Part shown: positions 52,323 through 62,599 of the stretch, in pieces
How positions within the stretch are numbered: the first letter of the stretch is position 1
Layout of the letters: the number at the start of each line of letters is the position of its first letter
Assembly: GCA_020853635.1 (NCBI GenBank)
Contig: JADYYN010000199.1
Location: 23,016-87,015, forward strand
Direction: 5' to 3'
Length of the DNA: 64,000 nucleotides
DNA from: Gemmatimonadaceae bacterium
GTDB lineage: Bacteria; Gemmatimonadota; Gemmatimonadetes; Gemmatimonadales; Gemmatimonadaceae
Notes under the pieces: model-generated
What the model saw: the letters and a program-made list of their open reading frames with translations, nothing else
Database searches by the model: none
Told to the model about the DNA's origin: nothing
Program-made: the position numbers and the translations under genes

Positions 52323-52919
52323 CTAGTAGGAGACCGGGCGACGCACATGCCCGGCCACGAACCGCTTCAGATCCATCGCCACACCGTGCATCACGCTCAC
52401 GTCGCGCTTCATGCGCGCCATGGTCGTGGCCCCTTCGAGCGTCGCCACGATGAACCGCGCGAGACGCTTGGGCTCCGCGTCCTCCTCCAATCGGTCGCGC
52501 ACCTGCTCCAACAACTCGGCGATCTCGGTCGTCCAGTTGCGGAACACCCGCGCGATGCGGATCCGGAACCCTTCCTCCTTCTCGGCCATCTCGGTCGCCA
52601 GAGCGCCGAACGGCGACCCCGCCTTCATGCCGCGCTCCACCTGCATCGCGACCACGGAGTCGATGAAGACATTCAGTCGCTCGATCGGGTCGAGCGTACT
52701 CTCGCGCAGGATCGCGAGACCGCGCTCACCGACTAGGTCGAGCTGCCGGGCGAGCACCTCGTGCCCGAGCTCTTCCTTCGACTTGAAGTAGTGATAGAAG
52801 TGGCTCTTGCCGCTAAGACCGGCACGAGCGATAACGTCGTCCACTGAGGTCTGGACGAAGCCCTTCTCGGCGATGAGCTCCGAGGCGGCGTCTAGGATTT
52901 GAAATCGGCGCGGGTTCAC
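52323..52919 (-). CDS. TetR/AcrR family regulator (NemR/LmrA-like)
   Basis: N-terminal HTH TSVDDVI...FYHYFKSKEEL; GTG 52919. Confidence 0.88.
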   Translation of the reverse strand: MNPRRFQILDAASELIAEKGFVQTSVDDVIARAGLSGKSHFYHYFKSKEELGHEVLARQLDLVGERGLAILRESTLDPIERLNVFIDSVVAMQVERGMKAGSPFGALATEMAEKEEGFRIRIARVFRNWTTEIAELLEQVRDRLEEDAEPKRLARFIVATLEGATTMARMKRDVSVMHGVAMDLKRFVAGHVRRPVSY

Positions 52920-52930
52920 GGCGGGAATTA

Positions 52931-52948
52931 TAGGACCGTACGGTACAA
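52931..52948. promoter_or_regulatory. Palindrome just upstream of the TetR gene (probable autoregulatory operator)
   Basis: TAGG-ACCGTACGGT-ACAA; perfect 10-bp core 52935-52944. Confidence 0.5.
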
Positions 52949-53085
52949 GCTCCAAATTGAACAGATCAACATTCGTTAAGCTGTTATCAATACATAAGTT
53001 AGATGCTGGACAACAAATAGGACCGCTAGCGATATTTTCGCCGCGGTCCCGAAACATGCACCCAGAGTACTAAACCCGTGTCTGC

Positions 53086-55710
53086 TCAGCGCCGACGACG
53101 GCCACGACGCGGGTCGAATGGTGGTCGGCCGTGCTTCTTCTTCGGGCGGCGCTCACGCTCATCGTCCATCCACGGCATCCGCAACGCCTCCTGCACCTCG
53201 GCCAGTGTCGCACCGCGCACGGTCCCCCGCGCGCCGCGCGTCACCACGAACCGCAGCGGCCGATCGAGCACCGGCAACTCCTCCTCGACGAGTGTGCGCG
53301 CGAGCTTCTCCGGCATCTGCAAACGCACCACTCCGAGCACCGTCCCGTCCGGCTGCTCTTCCACCTCGTAGTGCATCGCGACGGTGCGGTCGCGCAGCTC
53401 CACCGCGCCAGGCAACGCCATCCAACGTGCGCGCTCGGCGGCCGGGACGAACGTGTCGGGGTCGAAGCGCAGAGCGGCAGAGCGCAGGCCGTGCAGATCG
53501 GTCACGTCGCGCAACTGTTCCGCATACCACGCGGCGAGTTCCGGCAGCCCAAGCCGCGGCGTCCGGCCGCCCGAGCGACGATACACCTCGCGCACTTCGT
53601 CGATTGCCGGGCGATTGCGCGGCACCGCGTGATGCCGCGCCTCGAACTTCGCCAGGCTCTCAGCGATCACCTGCCGCGCCTGCGCGAGGTGCTCCGCCGG
53701 GATGTCGCTCAGCAGCTCCCGCTCGTACTCCAGCTCGAAGCCGAAGTACGTGAGCTTACGCTCCAGCGCGAGCGGACGATCGCGCTTGGAGGGATCATAA
53801 ACGAGCCGCGGCGGGTGACGCTCGGCGTAACGTCGCACGAGATCGGCCGGCAACTGCGTGCCCTCGATCGCCGCACGCGGCACTCCGAACTTGTCAGCGA
53901 AGTAGCGCAACGTCCCGGCGATCACGCCCCAACTGCCGCACACACTCGTCTTCGAGACCCGCGCTTCGTCGCCGGTGACGGTCTGCTCGTCGATCACCAG
54001 CGAGAACGGCTGGATGCGTGCCAACAGCTCGACCCACTTCCGCTCCACCGCCGACGAGACCCGCGGCATCTTCGCCGGCAACGGCAGGCGCACCGCACGG
54101 TAGATGCTCGCCATCGCCAGCGCGGCATCCTCCACCGCCTTCACCAGTACACCGCGCCCCTCCGCCCATCGCTCGATGCTCGGATCGAACAACTGCCGCG
54201 GCAACCCGTACACCTCGCCGAGGAATCCGCACTTCTCGAACGCCTCGGCGTACACGTTGTACGTCGAGAGATGGTCGCTACCCGGCACGATGAGCCCGCT
54301 CAACTCACGGTCCTCGCGCGTCATGCGGTGCAGTGACTCGACGCTCGCCATCACCGCCACGTACGGCAGCAGCTCGTCGTCGCAATGCACCAACAACTCG
54401 GCCCACGCACGATCGACCGGCATCGCTTCGACCGACTTGCCGTACGTTGTGAGCTTGCCCTGCTCCACGATGCCGCGCGATTCGAGGAACGCGAGTGCGG
54501 CACGGTAACTCGCGCGGTCGAGCGCCACGGGCAGATCGAGCTCGTCCGCACGCACGCCGAGGGCCGCACACGTGAGCGCCACGCGTTCGGAGTCGCCCGC
54601 AAGCTGGAACTCCGGGGCGGTGGGTTCGAGCTTCTCGAATCGGATGTCGCGGTCGCTGAGGATGAACACACGCCCGCCGGCCACGCGGCCATGCACACGC
54701 CCCGCCATCTGCAGGATCTCATTCGCGCCGAGGTGCAGGCGCGTGAGCACGTTGCGCCCGTGCTCGACGACGTTCGTGAAGCGCGTATCGTCGATGACGA
54801 CCGTGTCGAGCCCGCGCACGTTGAGCGCACTCTGCCCGGCGGCCGTCATCGCAAGCAGGAACGGCTTCTCCACCTCACCCTCGAGGAAGGGCCGGATCAC
54901 GCGGATGGGCTCTCCTCCGTGGTAGAACGCGACCTGCATGCGCGGATAGCGCGCGCCCACGTCGGACGCGACCTCCTCCACGCCGGCGCGCGTCGGCAGG
55001 AACACGCCGATGCCGCGCTTCTCCTTGATCGCCTTCTGCAGAAAGCGGTCGTCGAGGAAGTAGACCGGCTTCTTCCGTTCGACCTCGACCTTCGCCGCCT
55101 TGGTGGGATCGAAGGCACTCGACTCGATCACTTCAGCCGCATGCAGGTACTTCGAGTAGAACGATGGATCGACCGTCGCCGAGAGCCAGATGAACCGGCA
55201 TCCGGTGCGCTTGCCGAGCGCGAGGCAGAGCTCGAGCTCCGCGCTCGTCTGGTGGATCTCGTCGACGACGAGCGTGTCGTGCGGCCGGATGTCGCCGTCC
55301 TGGAACCAGCGTCGCGCGATGCCGGTGGTCACGATCACCACGTTCCAGCTCGGCGTCTCCGGGGTCGCTTCGCGTTCGCGGTTCACCACGCCCACGCGCA
55401 GCGTGTCGGTGGCGAGCAACGCCTTCGCGATGGGTTTGACCGCGAGCGTCTTGCCGGTGCCCGTCCCCGCGACGATGCCGAAGCCTTGGCGCGGCCGCAC
55501 ACTCGACGTCGCGAGTCGCTCGGCGAGGTCGGTGAGTTCACCACCGCGGGTCTTCCAGAGCAGCGTCTCGATGTCGAGCCCGAATCCCAACTCGATCGTC
55601 TCGCAGGCGGCACGTGTGGGCGCGATGACGATGATGCGACCACGATCACCGCCGCCGCGCACGAACGCATCGTGATCGGGCGGGAGATACGGATCGCGGA
55701 CCGGGCGCAC
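53086..55710 (-). CDS. SF2 DExH-box helicase (HrpB-like, divergent)
   Basis: GTGTGKT, DEIH, SAT, FLPT, QMAGR motifs; HrpB-like C-terminus. Confidence 0.85.
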   Translation of the reverse strand: MRPVRDPYLPPDHDAFVRGGGDRGRIIVIAPTRAACETIELGFGLDIETLLWKTRGGELTDLAERLATSSVRPRQGFGIVAGTGTGKTLAVKPIAKALLATDTLRVGVVNREREATPETPSWNVVIVTTGIARRWFQDGDIRPHDTLVVDEIHQTSAELELCLALGKRTGCRFIWLSATVDPSFYSKYLHAAEVIESSAFDPTKAAKVEVERKKPVYFLDDRFLQKAIKEKRGIGVFLPTRAGVEEVASDVGARYPRMQVAFYHGGEPIRVIRPFLEGEVEKPFLLAMTAAGQSALNVRGLDTVVIDDTRFTNVVEHGRNVLTRLHLGANEILQMAGRVHGRVAGGRVFILSDRDIRFEKLEPTAPEFQLAGDSERVALTCAALGVRADELDLPVALDRASYRAALAFLESRGIVEQGKLTTYGKSVEAMPVDRAWAELLVHCDDELLPYVAVMASVESLHRMTREDRELSGLIVPGSDHLSTYNVYAEAFEKCGFLGEVYGLPRQLFDPSIERWAEGRGVLVKAVEDAALAMASIYRAVRLPLPAKMPRVSSAVERKWVELLARIQPFSLVIDEQTVTGDEARVSKTSVCGSWGVIAGTLRYFADKFGVPRAAIEGTQLPADLVRRYAERHPPRLVYDPSKRDRPLALERKLTYFGFELEYERELLSDIPAEHLAQARQVIAESLAKFEARHHAVPRNRPAIDEVREVYRRSGGRTPRLGLPELAAWYAEQLRDVTDLHGLRSAALRFDPDTFVPAAERARWMALPGAVELRDRTVAMHYEVEEQPDGTVLGVVRLQMPEKLARTLVEEELPVLDRPLRFVVTRGARGTVRGATLAEVQEALRMPWMDDERERRPKKKHGRPPFDPRRGRRRR

Positions 55711-55727
55711 CGGCTCAGGCGTGAGTG

Positions 55728-56267
55728 CTACGGGAGCTCCGGCTTCTTTTTCGGGGGATCGCTGGGCGGCAGTTTCACCGGCGGCTTCTCCGCCCGCACC
55801 GCGGGCGTGCCAATCGGCACCGTTTTCACGGCCGGCTTGCTCGCCTCGCGCTCGCGTTCCGCACGGACCGCAGCGCGTTTGTCAGTCTCGGCTTTCGGAT
55901 CGCGCTCCCGATCGCGGGACGTCGCCTTCCCTTCCACGGTCGGCACCGCGACGCGGGGTTCGCGCGCGCTCGTCGTACCCGAAGACTCACGCCCAACCGC
56001 AGGATCGAACCGTCCCGCGCTGCTCCGCTTGAGCGGCGGTCCGTAGAGGATCACGCTGTTCGCGCTACGCTGCCGCAGCGCCGTCGGGCAATCGGTCGCT
56101 GCCGGTTGCTGAGCGGGGGCCACGCCGGTGATCCAGATCCGACACTTGCCGGCCGGCGGCAACATCGCCGTGGGCACCGTGTCGCGCGAACCCGGACGCA
56201 CTTGCGCCGCCGTCGTCGTCGGGACGACCAGCAGAGCAACGGCAGCGGGGATCAAGGCATGGCGCAT
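55728..56267 (-). CDS. Secreted hypothetical protein
   Basis: Signal peptide; PPAGKCRIWITGVAPAQQPAATDC motif; low-complexity tail. Confidence 0.65.
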   Translation of the reverse strand: MRHALIPAAVALLVVPTTTAAQVRPGSRDTVPTAMLPPAGKCRIWITGVAPAQQPAATDCPTALRQRSANSVILYGPPLKRSSAGRFDPAVGRESSGTTSAREPRVAVPTVEGKATSRDRERDPKAETDKRAAVRAEREREASKPAVKTVPIGTPAVRAEKPPVKLPPSDPPKKKPELP

Positions 56268-56358
56268 GAGCGGGACCGACGAGGGGATGAGAGAAGATAC
56301 CCCCTTCGCACCGTGACGTTCAGTCCCGCCGCACGACAGAGTGACGAACGGTGCCACC

Positions 56359-57438
56359 TCAGTCGCCGAACGAGATGCCGACCGCACGCGCCGTGCGCAC
56401 CACGTCGTGGTTGGGGTCCACGCGCTTCGGCGTCTGCAACGCCTCGGTGATCGGCACCGTCACGATGTTCGGCGTCTGCAGGGCGACCATGTGCCCCCAC
56501 TTGCTGTCGGCCACGGCCTGCGCCGCCGCGCCACCGAAACGCGTCGCGAGCAGGCGATCGTAGCCCGTGGGCATGCCGCCGCGCTGCAGGTGCCCGAGCA
56601 CCATCGACCGGCACTCCTTGCCCGTGCGGTCCTGGATCACCTTCGCGAGCCGCTGCGCGATGCCGCCCACTCGACGGTCCTGTCCCGGCATGGACTCACC
56701 AAGGATCGACGCCTCACCGTTCTCGTCGGTCGCGCCTTCCGCGACGACGATGATCGCGAACTTCCTGCCGCTACGGTCGCGATCCATCACCGCCTTGCAG
56801 ATGTTGTCGATCCGCCATGGGATCTCGGGAATGAGCACCACATCCGCCGTACCCGAGAGTCCCGAGTGCAGTGCGATGACCCCCGCGTCGCGCCCCATCA
56901 CCTCGAGCACCATCACACGGTCATGGCTCTCGGCGGTGGTGTGCAGCTTGTCGATGGCTTCGATCGCCGTCTGAACCGCCGTGTCGAATCCGAACGGCGT
57001 CACGGTCCCGGAGACGTCATTGTCGATCGTCTTCGGCACACCGACGATGCGCATGCCCTTCTCTACCAGTCGCTGCGCGATCGCGAGCGACCCGTCGCCA
57101 CCGATCGAGATCATCGCCTGGATGCCGAGGTTGCGCGCGTTGTCGATCAGCTCGTCGGAGCGGTCCACTTCGACCCACGAGCCGTCGGCCTGCTGCTTGG
57201 GGAAGGAGAACGGATTCCCGCGATTGGTCGTCCGCAGGATGGTGCCACCCAGGTGCGCGATCCCGCGCACCGTGTCGGCCGTGAGCGGGATGACTTCGTC
57301 GTCGCCGAGCAGGCCGGCATAGCCACGCTTGATACCGAGCACCGTCCAGCCGCGCGCGATGGCCGAGAGGGTCGCGGCGCGGATGACGGCGTTGAGACCC
57401 GGCGCATCACCGCCGCCGGTGGAGATCGCGATTCGCAT
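56359..57438 (-). CDS. pfkA: 6-phosphofructokinase (PfkA family)
   Basis: GGGDAPGLNAVIR, GGTIL, IGGDGS, PKTIDND, EVMGR, LGHLQRGG. Confidence 0.95.
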   Translation of the reverse strand: MRIAISTGGGDAPGLNAVIRAATLSAIARGWTVLGIKRGYAGLLGDDEVIPLTADTVRGIAHLGGTILRTTNRGNPFSFPKQQADGSWVEVDRSDELIDNARNLGIQAMISIGGDGSLAIAQRLVEKGMRIVGVPKTIDNDVSGTVTPFGFDTAVQTAIEAIDKLHTTAESHDRVMVLEVMGRDAGVIALHSGLSGTADVVLIPEIPWRIDNICKAVMDRDRSGRKFAIIVVAEGATDENGEASILGESMPGQDRRVGGIAQRLAKVIQDRTGKECRSMVLGHLQRGGMPTGYDRLLATRFGGAAAQAVADSKWGHMVALQTPNIVTVPITEALQTPKRVDPNHDVVRTARAVGISFGD

Positions 57439-57499
57439 CTGAGGAGAAGAGAGGGAAGGAGCGAGTGGGGGGATTCGGTGGAGCAGAGTACCGCGCGAT

Positions 57500-57745
57500 T
57501 CAGCGTGCGTACGGGACGCCCGCGAGATTCGCGAGCTTGTAGAGGACCGAGTCCTGCTTCGCCACGACCTGCCGCAGCGAATCGAGCGTGAACTGGAGTT
57601 CGGACGTGCGATTGGCGAGTTCGTTCATGGTGTTCGCGACGTCGAGCTGCTCCTGCATCTGGTCGAGCTGGGCGTTCGGGTCCTGATAGCAGCTCGCGGT
57701 CACCAGCACGGTGGCGGCGAGCAGAAGGAGACGGGGCTTCGGCAT
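57500..57745 (-). CDS. Small coiled-coil lipoprotein
   Basis: Lipobox VTAS-C followed by heptad-rich helix. Confidence 0.65.
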   Translation of the reverse strand: MPKPRLLLLAATVLVTASCYQDPNAQLDQMQEQLDVANTMNELANRTSELQFTLDSLRQVVAKQDSVLYKLANLAGVPYAR

Positions 57746-57830
57746 GGGAAGGTCCGGTGTGCAAGGTTTCGCGTATGGCCGCTCGGGCCAATCTACGCAA
57801 CGTGGCGGTCCCTCGTCATGGAGCGCCACG

Positions 57831-58259
57831 GTGCCTCGCCCCGGTCTCACCCTCGCCGAACTCGTCGTCACCTGCACCTTCCTCGCGCTCCTGATCGGAG
57901 TCGCGGCCCCTCGTCTGAACCACCTGTTCGACGGGATCCGCGTCGACCAAGCCGCACACGAAGTGGCCGGTGCCCTCACCCTCGCCCGTGCCGCCGCCAT
58001 CCGACGCGCGGAGTACGCGCGACTGGTCGTGGACGAACCCACCGGCGTCCTGCGCGTGGAGTGTGGCGCGGATACCCTGCTGCAACGTGACCTGCGCGGT
58101 ATCAATCACGTCACGCTGCGCGCGAGCCGCGACACCATCACCTACGCACCCAACGGACTCGGCCACGGCGTCGCCAACTCCACCATCGTGGTCAGTATCG
58201 GCCAGCGGGCGGAAACGGTGACGGTCAGCCGCCTGGGACGCATGCGACGCTCGTGGTGA
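57831..58259 (+). CDS. GspH/FimT-like minor pilin
   Basis: G-LTLAEL prepilin site plus hydrophobic helix, ARAAAIRR, C-terminal VSRLGR; GGAG SD before GTG 57831. Confidence 0.82.
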   Translation: MPRPGLTLAELVVTCTFLALLIGVAAPRLNHLFDGIRVDQAAHEVAGALTLARAAAIRRAEYARLVVDEPTGVLRVECGADTLLQRDLRGINHVTLRASRDTITYAPNGLGHGVANSTIVVSIGQRAETVTVSRLGRMRRSW

Positions 58260-58301
58260 ACGCGCGGCGCGGGGTCGCGCACGGCGTGGTCCGGCGCCGC
58301 C

Positions 58302-59540
58302 TCAGGTCCCGAAATCGTATCCGGTCACCGAGATGCGCGGGATCTCCTGGCCGATCACACGTTCGATCGTCCGGACCATGCCGATCTCGTCCGCGCACAT
58401 GAACGTGAAGGCGTCACCTTCCTTCGCCGCGCGCCCGGTGCGTCCGATGCGGTGCACGTAGTCCTCGGCCTGCTGGGGCACGTCGTAGTTCACCACGTGC
58501 GAGATGCCCGAGATGTCGAGGCCGCGCTGCGCGATGTCGGTCGCGACGAGCAATCGTGTGGTGCCCGCCTTGAAGCGCGCCAAGGCCTGCTCGCGCTGCC
58601 CCTGCGACTTGTCGGCGTGCAGCGCATCGGCCTTGAAGCCGTGCGTCTCGAGATGCTGCACCACTTTGTCCGCACCGTGTTTGGTGCGGGTGAAGACAAG
58701 GATGGAATCCTCCTGCTTGAGCGACTGCAGGAGATGCGTGAGCAGCTCCGCCTTGCGATGCTTGGGCACCGGGTAGACGAAGTGACGCACCGTGGTCGCC
58801 GCTGCGGAGCGACGTCCCACCTGCACCACCGTCGGCTTGCGCAGATACTTGCGGGCCAGCGCTTCCACCTCGGGCGGCATCGTGGCCGAGAAGAGCAGCG
58901 TCTGGCGGTAGGGATGGATCTGCGCGACGATGCGATTGATCTGCGGCGCGAATCCCATGTCGAGCATGCGGTCGGCTTCGTCGAGCACGAGCACTTCGAG
59001 CTCGTCGAATACCACGTTCTGCTTCTCGAGATGGTCGATCAACCGGCCCGGCGTCGCGACGATCACGTCGACACCGGCGCGGAGTGCGTTGGTCTGCGTG
59101 TCGTAGCCCACGCCGCCGTACACCGAGATGACCTCGAGCCCGGTGCCGGTGCCGTACTTCCGGAAGCTCTCCTCGACCTGCTGGCAGAGTTCACGCGTGG
59201 GGGTGAGGATGAGCGCACGCGTGCGCTTCGGTCCGCCCATCAGGCGTTCGATGATCGGGATGGTGAACGCCGCCGTCTTGCCGGTGCCCGTCTGTGCGAG
59301 CCCCATGAGATCGCGCCCCTTGAGCGCGAGCGGGACGGCCTGCGACTGGATGGGCGTGGGCCGCGTGTAGCCGGCGGCCGCGAGCGACTCGAGCATCGGG
59401 CCCGAGAGCCCGAGGTCGGCGAACGTGATGTCGGAGGTGCTCGCTTCGGCCTGCGCGAGGGTCTGGGCGGGGGCCGCGTCCGACGGCGGCGGTGGCGTCT
59501 GCTCGGGCGCATCCGCGGCGCCCTTCTTCTTTCGTGTCAT
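58302..59540 (-). CDS. rhlE: DEAD-box RNA helicase (RhlE-like)
   Basis: Q-motif PTPIQ, AQTGTGKT, PTRE, DEAD, SAT, HRIGRTGR. Confidence 0.9.
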   Translation of the reverse strand: MTRKKKGAADAPEQTPPPPSDAAPAQTLAQAEASTSDITFADLGLSGPMLESLAAAGYTRPTPIQSQAVPLALKGRDLMGLAQTGTGKTAAFTIPIIERLMGGPKRTRALILTPTRELCQQVEESFRKYGTGTGLEVISVYGGVGYDTQTNALRAGVDVIVATPGRLIDHLEKQNVVFDELEVLVLDEADRMLDMGFAPQINRIVAQIHPYRQTLLFSATMPPEVEALARKYLRKPTVVQVGRRSAAATTVRHFVYPVPKHRKAELLTHLLQSLKQEDSILVFTRTKHGADKVVQHLETHGFKADALHADKSQGQREQALARFKAGTTRLLVATDIAQRGLDISGISHVVNYDVPQQAEDYVHRIGRTGRAAKEGDAFTFMCADEIGMVRTIERVIGQEIPRISVTGYDFGT

Positions 59541-59573
59541 TGCGTTCAATCTAGCGGAACCGCTGCGGGCGCG

Positions 59574-60413
59574 TCAGCGCGCGTCGGCGAGCGCGTCGAG
59601 GATGAGGGTGTTGATGCGCTCGGGCACCTCCTCCATCACCACGTGCCCGCCATCGTCGATCCACGTGAGTCGACCCTGCGGCAGTGCCGCCGCCAGCGGG
59701 GCCGCGTGCGTCGGACGTACGGTCCGATCACGCGTGCCGAACACGACGTGCGTGGGCACCGAGCAGGCGGCGAGCGCCTGCGGTTCCCACGGACTCCAGT
59801 CGAACTCCTTCAGCATCTGCAGTTGAGCGCGCACCACGTCGGGGAACTGCGTCGGTGCCCAGTATTCGTCCACATCGCGCGCCGAGAACCAGCCGAGTTT
59901 GCCGTAGACGCGATACTGAACGAACTCCACCACACGGCGCGGCACCAAGAGTGAAGGCACGCTCCCCGGCAGCAGGGGCATCAACGGCGCGAGCGCCTGC
60001 CACGGGGGGATCAGGCCGAAGCCGACCGGACCGAAGAGCAACAGCGCGCGGACTCGGGCCGGTGACCGCCGCGCGAACTCCAGCGCGACCTTGCCGGCCA
60101 TCGACTGCGCCGCGATCGCCGTGCGCGCGATCCCGAGCGCATCCAGCGCGGCCTCGAGATGCTCGACGAAACGGTCGAGTGTGTACGCACCCGCCGAGCC
60201 TGGTGCGTCCGACGCACCGTGCCCCGGCAGATCGATCGACGTGACGCGATACCCGGCGGCCGCGAGCGGCAGGATGTTGTGCCGCCAGAGATACGAGCTC
60301 ACACCCCAACCGTGCAGCAGCACGATCGAGGGCGCGTCGCTCGCGCCAGCGCAGAGCACGCGCAGCGTGATCCCCGTGCGCAACGCGAGGCGCTGCACGC
60401 TGATCCCCGCCAC
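59574..60413 (-). CDS. Alpha/beta fold hydrolase
   Basis: LLHGWG, DLPGHGAS, nucleophile AQSMAG, GH; true start may lie slightly upstream. Confidence 0.88.
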   Translation of the reverse strand: MAGISVQRLALRTGITLRVLCAGASDAPSIVLLHGWGVSSYLWRHNILPLAAAGYRVTSIDLPGHGASDAPGSAGAYTLDRFVEHLEAALDALGIARTAIAAQSMAGKVALEFARRSPARVRALLLFGPVGFGLIPPWQALAPLMPLLPGSVPSLLVPRRVVEFVQYRVYGKLGWFSARDVDEYWAPTQFPDVVRAQLQMLKEFDWSPWEPQALAACSVPTHVVFGTRDRTVRPTHAAPLAAALPQGRLTWIDDGGHVVMEEVPERINTLILDALADAR

Positions 60414-60464
60414 ACCGGCGGGGAACCATTGATCGAGTGGAAGCCGCTCCAGTGCCCGACGCGC

Positions 60465-61601
60465 CTAGATCAGGTCGATCGGTCGTCCCGAGAGTCGTCC
60501 GATGAGTCCGATCCGGAACGTCACGTCGCTCCACCGCTCGTCGCCACCGTGCACCGACTCGAGTGGGTACATGGGCCAGACGTACGGATTCGTGCTCTTC
60601 GGCATCGCGAGACCCTTGTGTGGATGCCACACGCCATCGCGCCCGCAGTCGTCGACGAACCGCTCGTACATCTTCGTCCAGTTCTCATTGCGACGCAGGA
60701 AGCCAAGCCGCGCCATCAACTCGAGCCACGCGAGCGCGAACGGCACGTCCGCCTCCACCGCGTTGCGATGCGGCAGCAGGTCGCCGAGCACGAGGTTGGG
60801 CATGTCGAGCAGCTGCGTGCCGATCTGCTGCACCGACTCCTGTCGGGGGAGCGGACGCGTGAGATACTCGTACAGCAGTTCCATCGCCTCGAAGTGCTCG
60901 CTCTGGAACAACGGCATGTGCGCGAGCAGATGCAGCGTGTTGATCGTCGGCGGATGTGCTTCGGGATGCAGCACCTGCTTGTTACCAACACGGATCCACG
61001 GCTTCTCCGCGAGCGGCGAACGCAGGAACTCGGCCACGCGGTCGAGCGTGCGACGCGCCAAGCCGCGCAGACGCGGATCGCCCTCGAAGCCCGCGCCCGC
61101 GAGCGCCGCACCCGCCGACTCACGCAGCGTCTGACGCTGCAGCAGCGCGAACTCATACTCGACCTTCTTGGTGGGAAGGAACTCGTAGAGCTGCGAGCGA
61201 TCCATGTCCTCGGCGAGCAGTCGGAACAACACGCGACGCGTGTGAACGAGCGGCGGCGCGTCCTTGTCCCACCCGCACTCCGTCAGCCGACGGAACGCCG
61301 GGATGGTCCCGACCCCCTCGAAGTGCTCGGCGCGCTGCGACGGGATGCTGAGCATGGAAGCATTCCACACGCCGTCGATCGCCGCCTGACAGGCCAACGT
61401 CAGCGCCTGCCGATCGGTGTACGGCAGGTTGTGGATGCCGGGACCGACCTTCGACCCAAGCTTCGCTACATCAATGATGGCGCGATACTGGATTGGTGCT
61501 GCCGCGTGATCGAGCAGCCACTCAAGCGGAAACGACACCGCCGGAGGGGGTGGCGGCGGCGGAGCGAAGATCGAAACGGGCGTAACGACTGGAAGAGTCA
61601 A
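60465..61601 (-). CDS. Conserved hypothetical protein
   Basis: Long ORF with strong GC3 codon bias; family not recognised. Confidence 0.7.
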   Translation of the reverse strand: MTLPVVTPVSIFAPPPPPPPAVSFPLEWLLDHAAAPIQYRAIIDVAKLGSKVGPGIHNLPYTDRQALTLACQAAIDGVWNASMLSIPSQRAEHFEGVGTIPAFRRLTECGWDKDAPPLVHTRRVLFRLLAEDMDRSQLYEFLPTKKVEYEFALLQRQTLRESAGAALAGAGFEGDPRLRGLARRTLDRVAEFLRSPLAEKPWIRVGNKQVLHPEAHPPTINTLHLLAHMPLFQSEHFEAMELLYEYLTRPLPRQESVQQIGTQLLDMPNLVLGDLLPHRNAVEADVPFALAWLELMARLGFLRRNENWTKMYERFVDDCGRDGVWHPHKGLAMPKSTNPYVWPMYPLESVHGGDERWSDVTFRIGLIGRLSGRPIDLI

Positions 61602-61728
61602 CGAGAGATTCCGTGTCTAATGCGTTGCCAATCAACGGGATGGGCCGAGGCCGCGCCACGAACCACCCTGTACCCCGCGGAAAGGGTAAAGGATACCATT
61701 TTGTACCGAAAGCGCCAGATTCCCCGCG

Positions 61729-62553
61729 ATGCGAGGTGAGTTCGTCGATATCGGGGGCCGACGCCTCTACTACTACGCGGCGGGCTCCCGCGGTTCCGGT
61801 GTCCCCGTGCTCTTCCTCCACGGGTTCCCCGTCGCCAGTCGCCTCTGGCACACGGTCACCCGTGACTTCCCCGAGCCGCACCGGCTCGTGGTGTGCGACC
61901 TCCCAGGCTTCGGGCGATCCGAGCCGTGCCCCACTCCGGACTGCCCCTCACACGCGGCGGCCGTCCTCGCGCTCCTTGATGACCTCCGCATCGAGCGCGC
62001 AGCGATCGTCGGCCACGGCCTGGGCGGCGCTGTCGCACAGGCCCTCGCGCTCCAAGCACCGGCCAGGGTCTCGCATCTCGCCCTGCTTGACTGCCCTGCC
62101 TTCGGTGTCGCACCCGGCCGACTGAGTCGACTCGCCCGCCTCGCACGACTCCTCGGCCCCCTCGTCCGCCGGCTGCCGCCGACCCTACTCGCCGGACTCG
62201 TGCACGGCACGGTCATCCGCGGCTTCGCGGTCCCCGAGCGCAGCCGACTCACGCTCGACGCCGGACTCCAGCCCTTCACGACCAGCGCCGGACGCGACGC
62301 GCTCGTGGCACATCTCGCGCGCCTCGACGACGACATCACCGCCACGCTCAGCCCTCGCCTCGCGTCGCTTCAGATTCCTACCGCGATCCTCTGGGGCGCT
62401 GACGACGCGTTCTATCCACCCGCGCTCGGCGAGCGACTGCAGCAGACGATTCCGGGCGCGACACTCGACCTTATCGCCGGCGCGGGACATTTCCTGCCCG
62501 AGGACGCGCCCGAGCGGGTCATCGCACGGCTCACGGAACTGCTCAGTCGCTGA
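61729..62553 (+). CDS. Alpha/beta fold hydrolase
   Basis: FLHGFP, DLPGFGRS, GHGLGG (Gly at the nucleophile position), GHFLPED. Confidence 0.85.
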   Translation: MRGEFVDIGGRRLYYYAAGSRGSGVPVLFLHGFPVASRLWHTVTRDFPEPHRLVVCDLPGFGRSEPCPTPDCPSHAAAVLALLDDLRIERAAIVGHGLGGAVAQALALQAPARVSHLALLDCPAFGVAPGRLSRLARLARLLGPLVRRLPPTLLAGLVHGTVIRGFAVPERSRLTLDAGLQPFTTSAGRDALVAHLARLDDDITATLSPRLASLQIPTAILWGADDAFYPPALGERLQQTIPGATLDLIAGAGHFLPEDAPERVIARLTELLSR

Positions 62554-62599
62554 ACCACCATCCGCGAGTGCTCGCCATACGCGTGCGGCCCCGCGGCGG

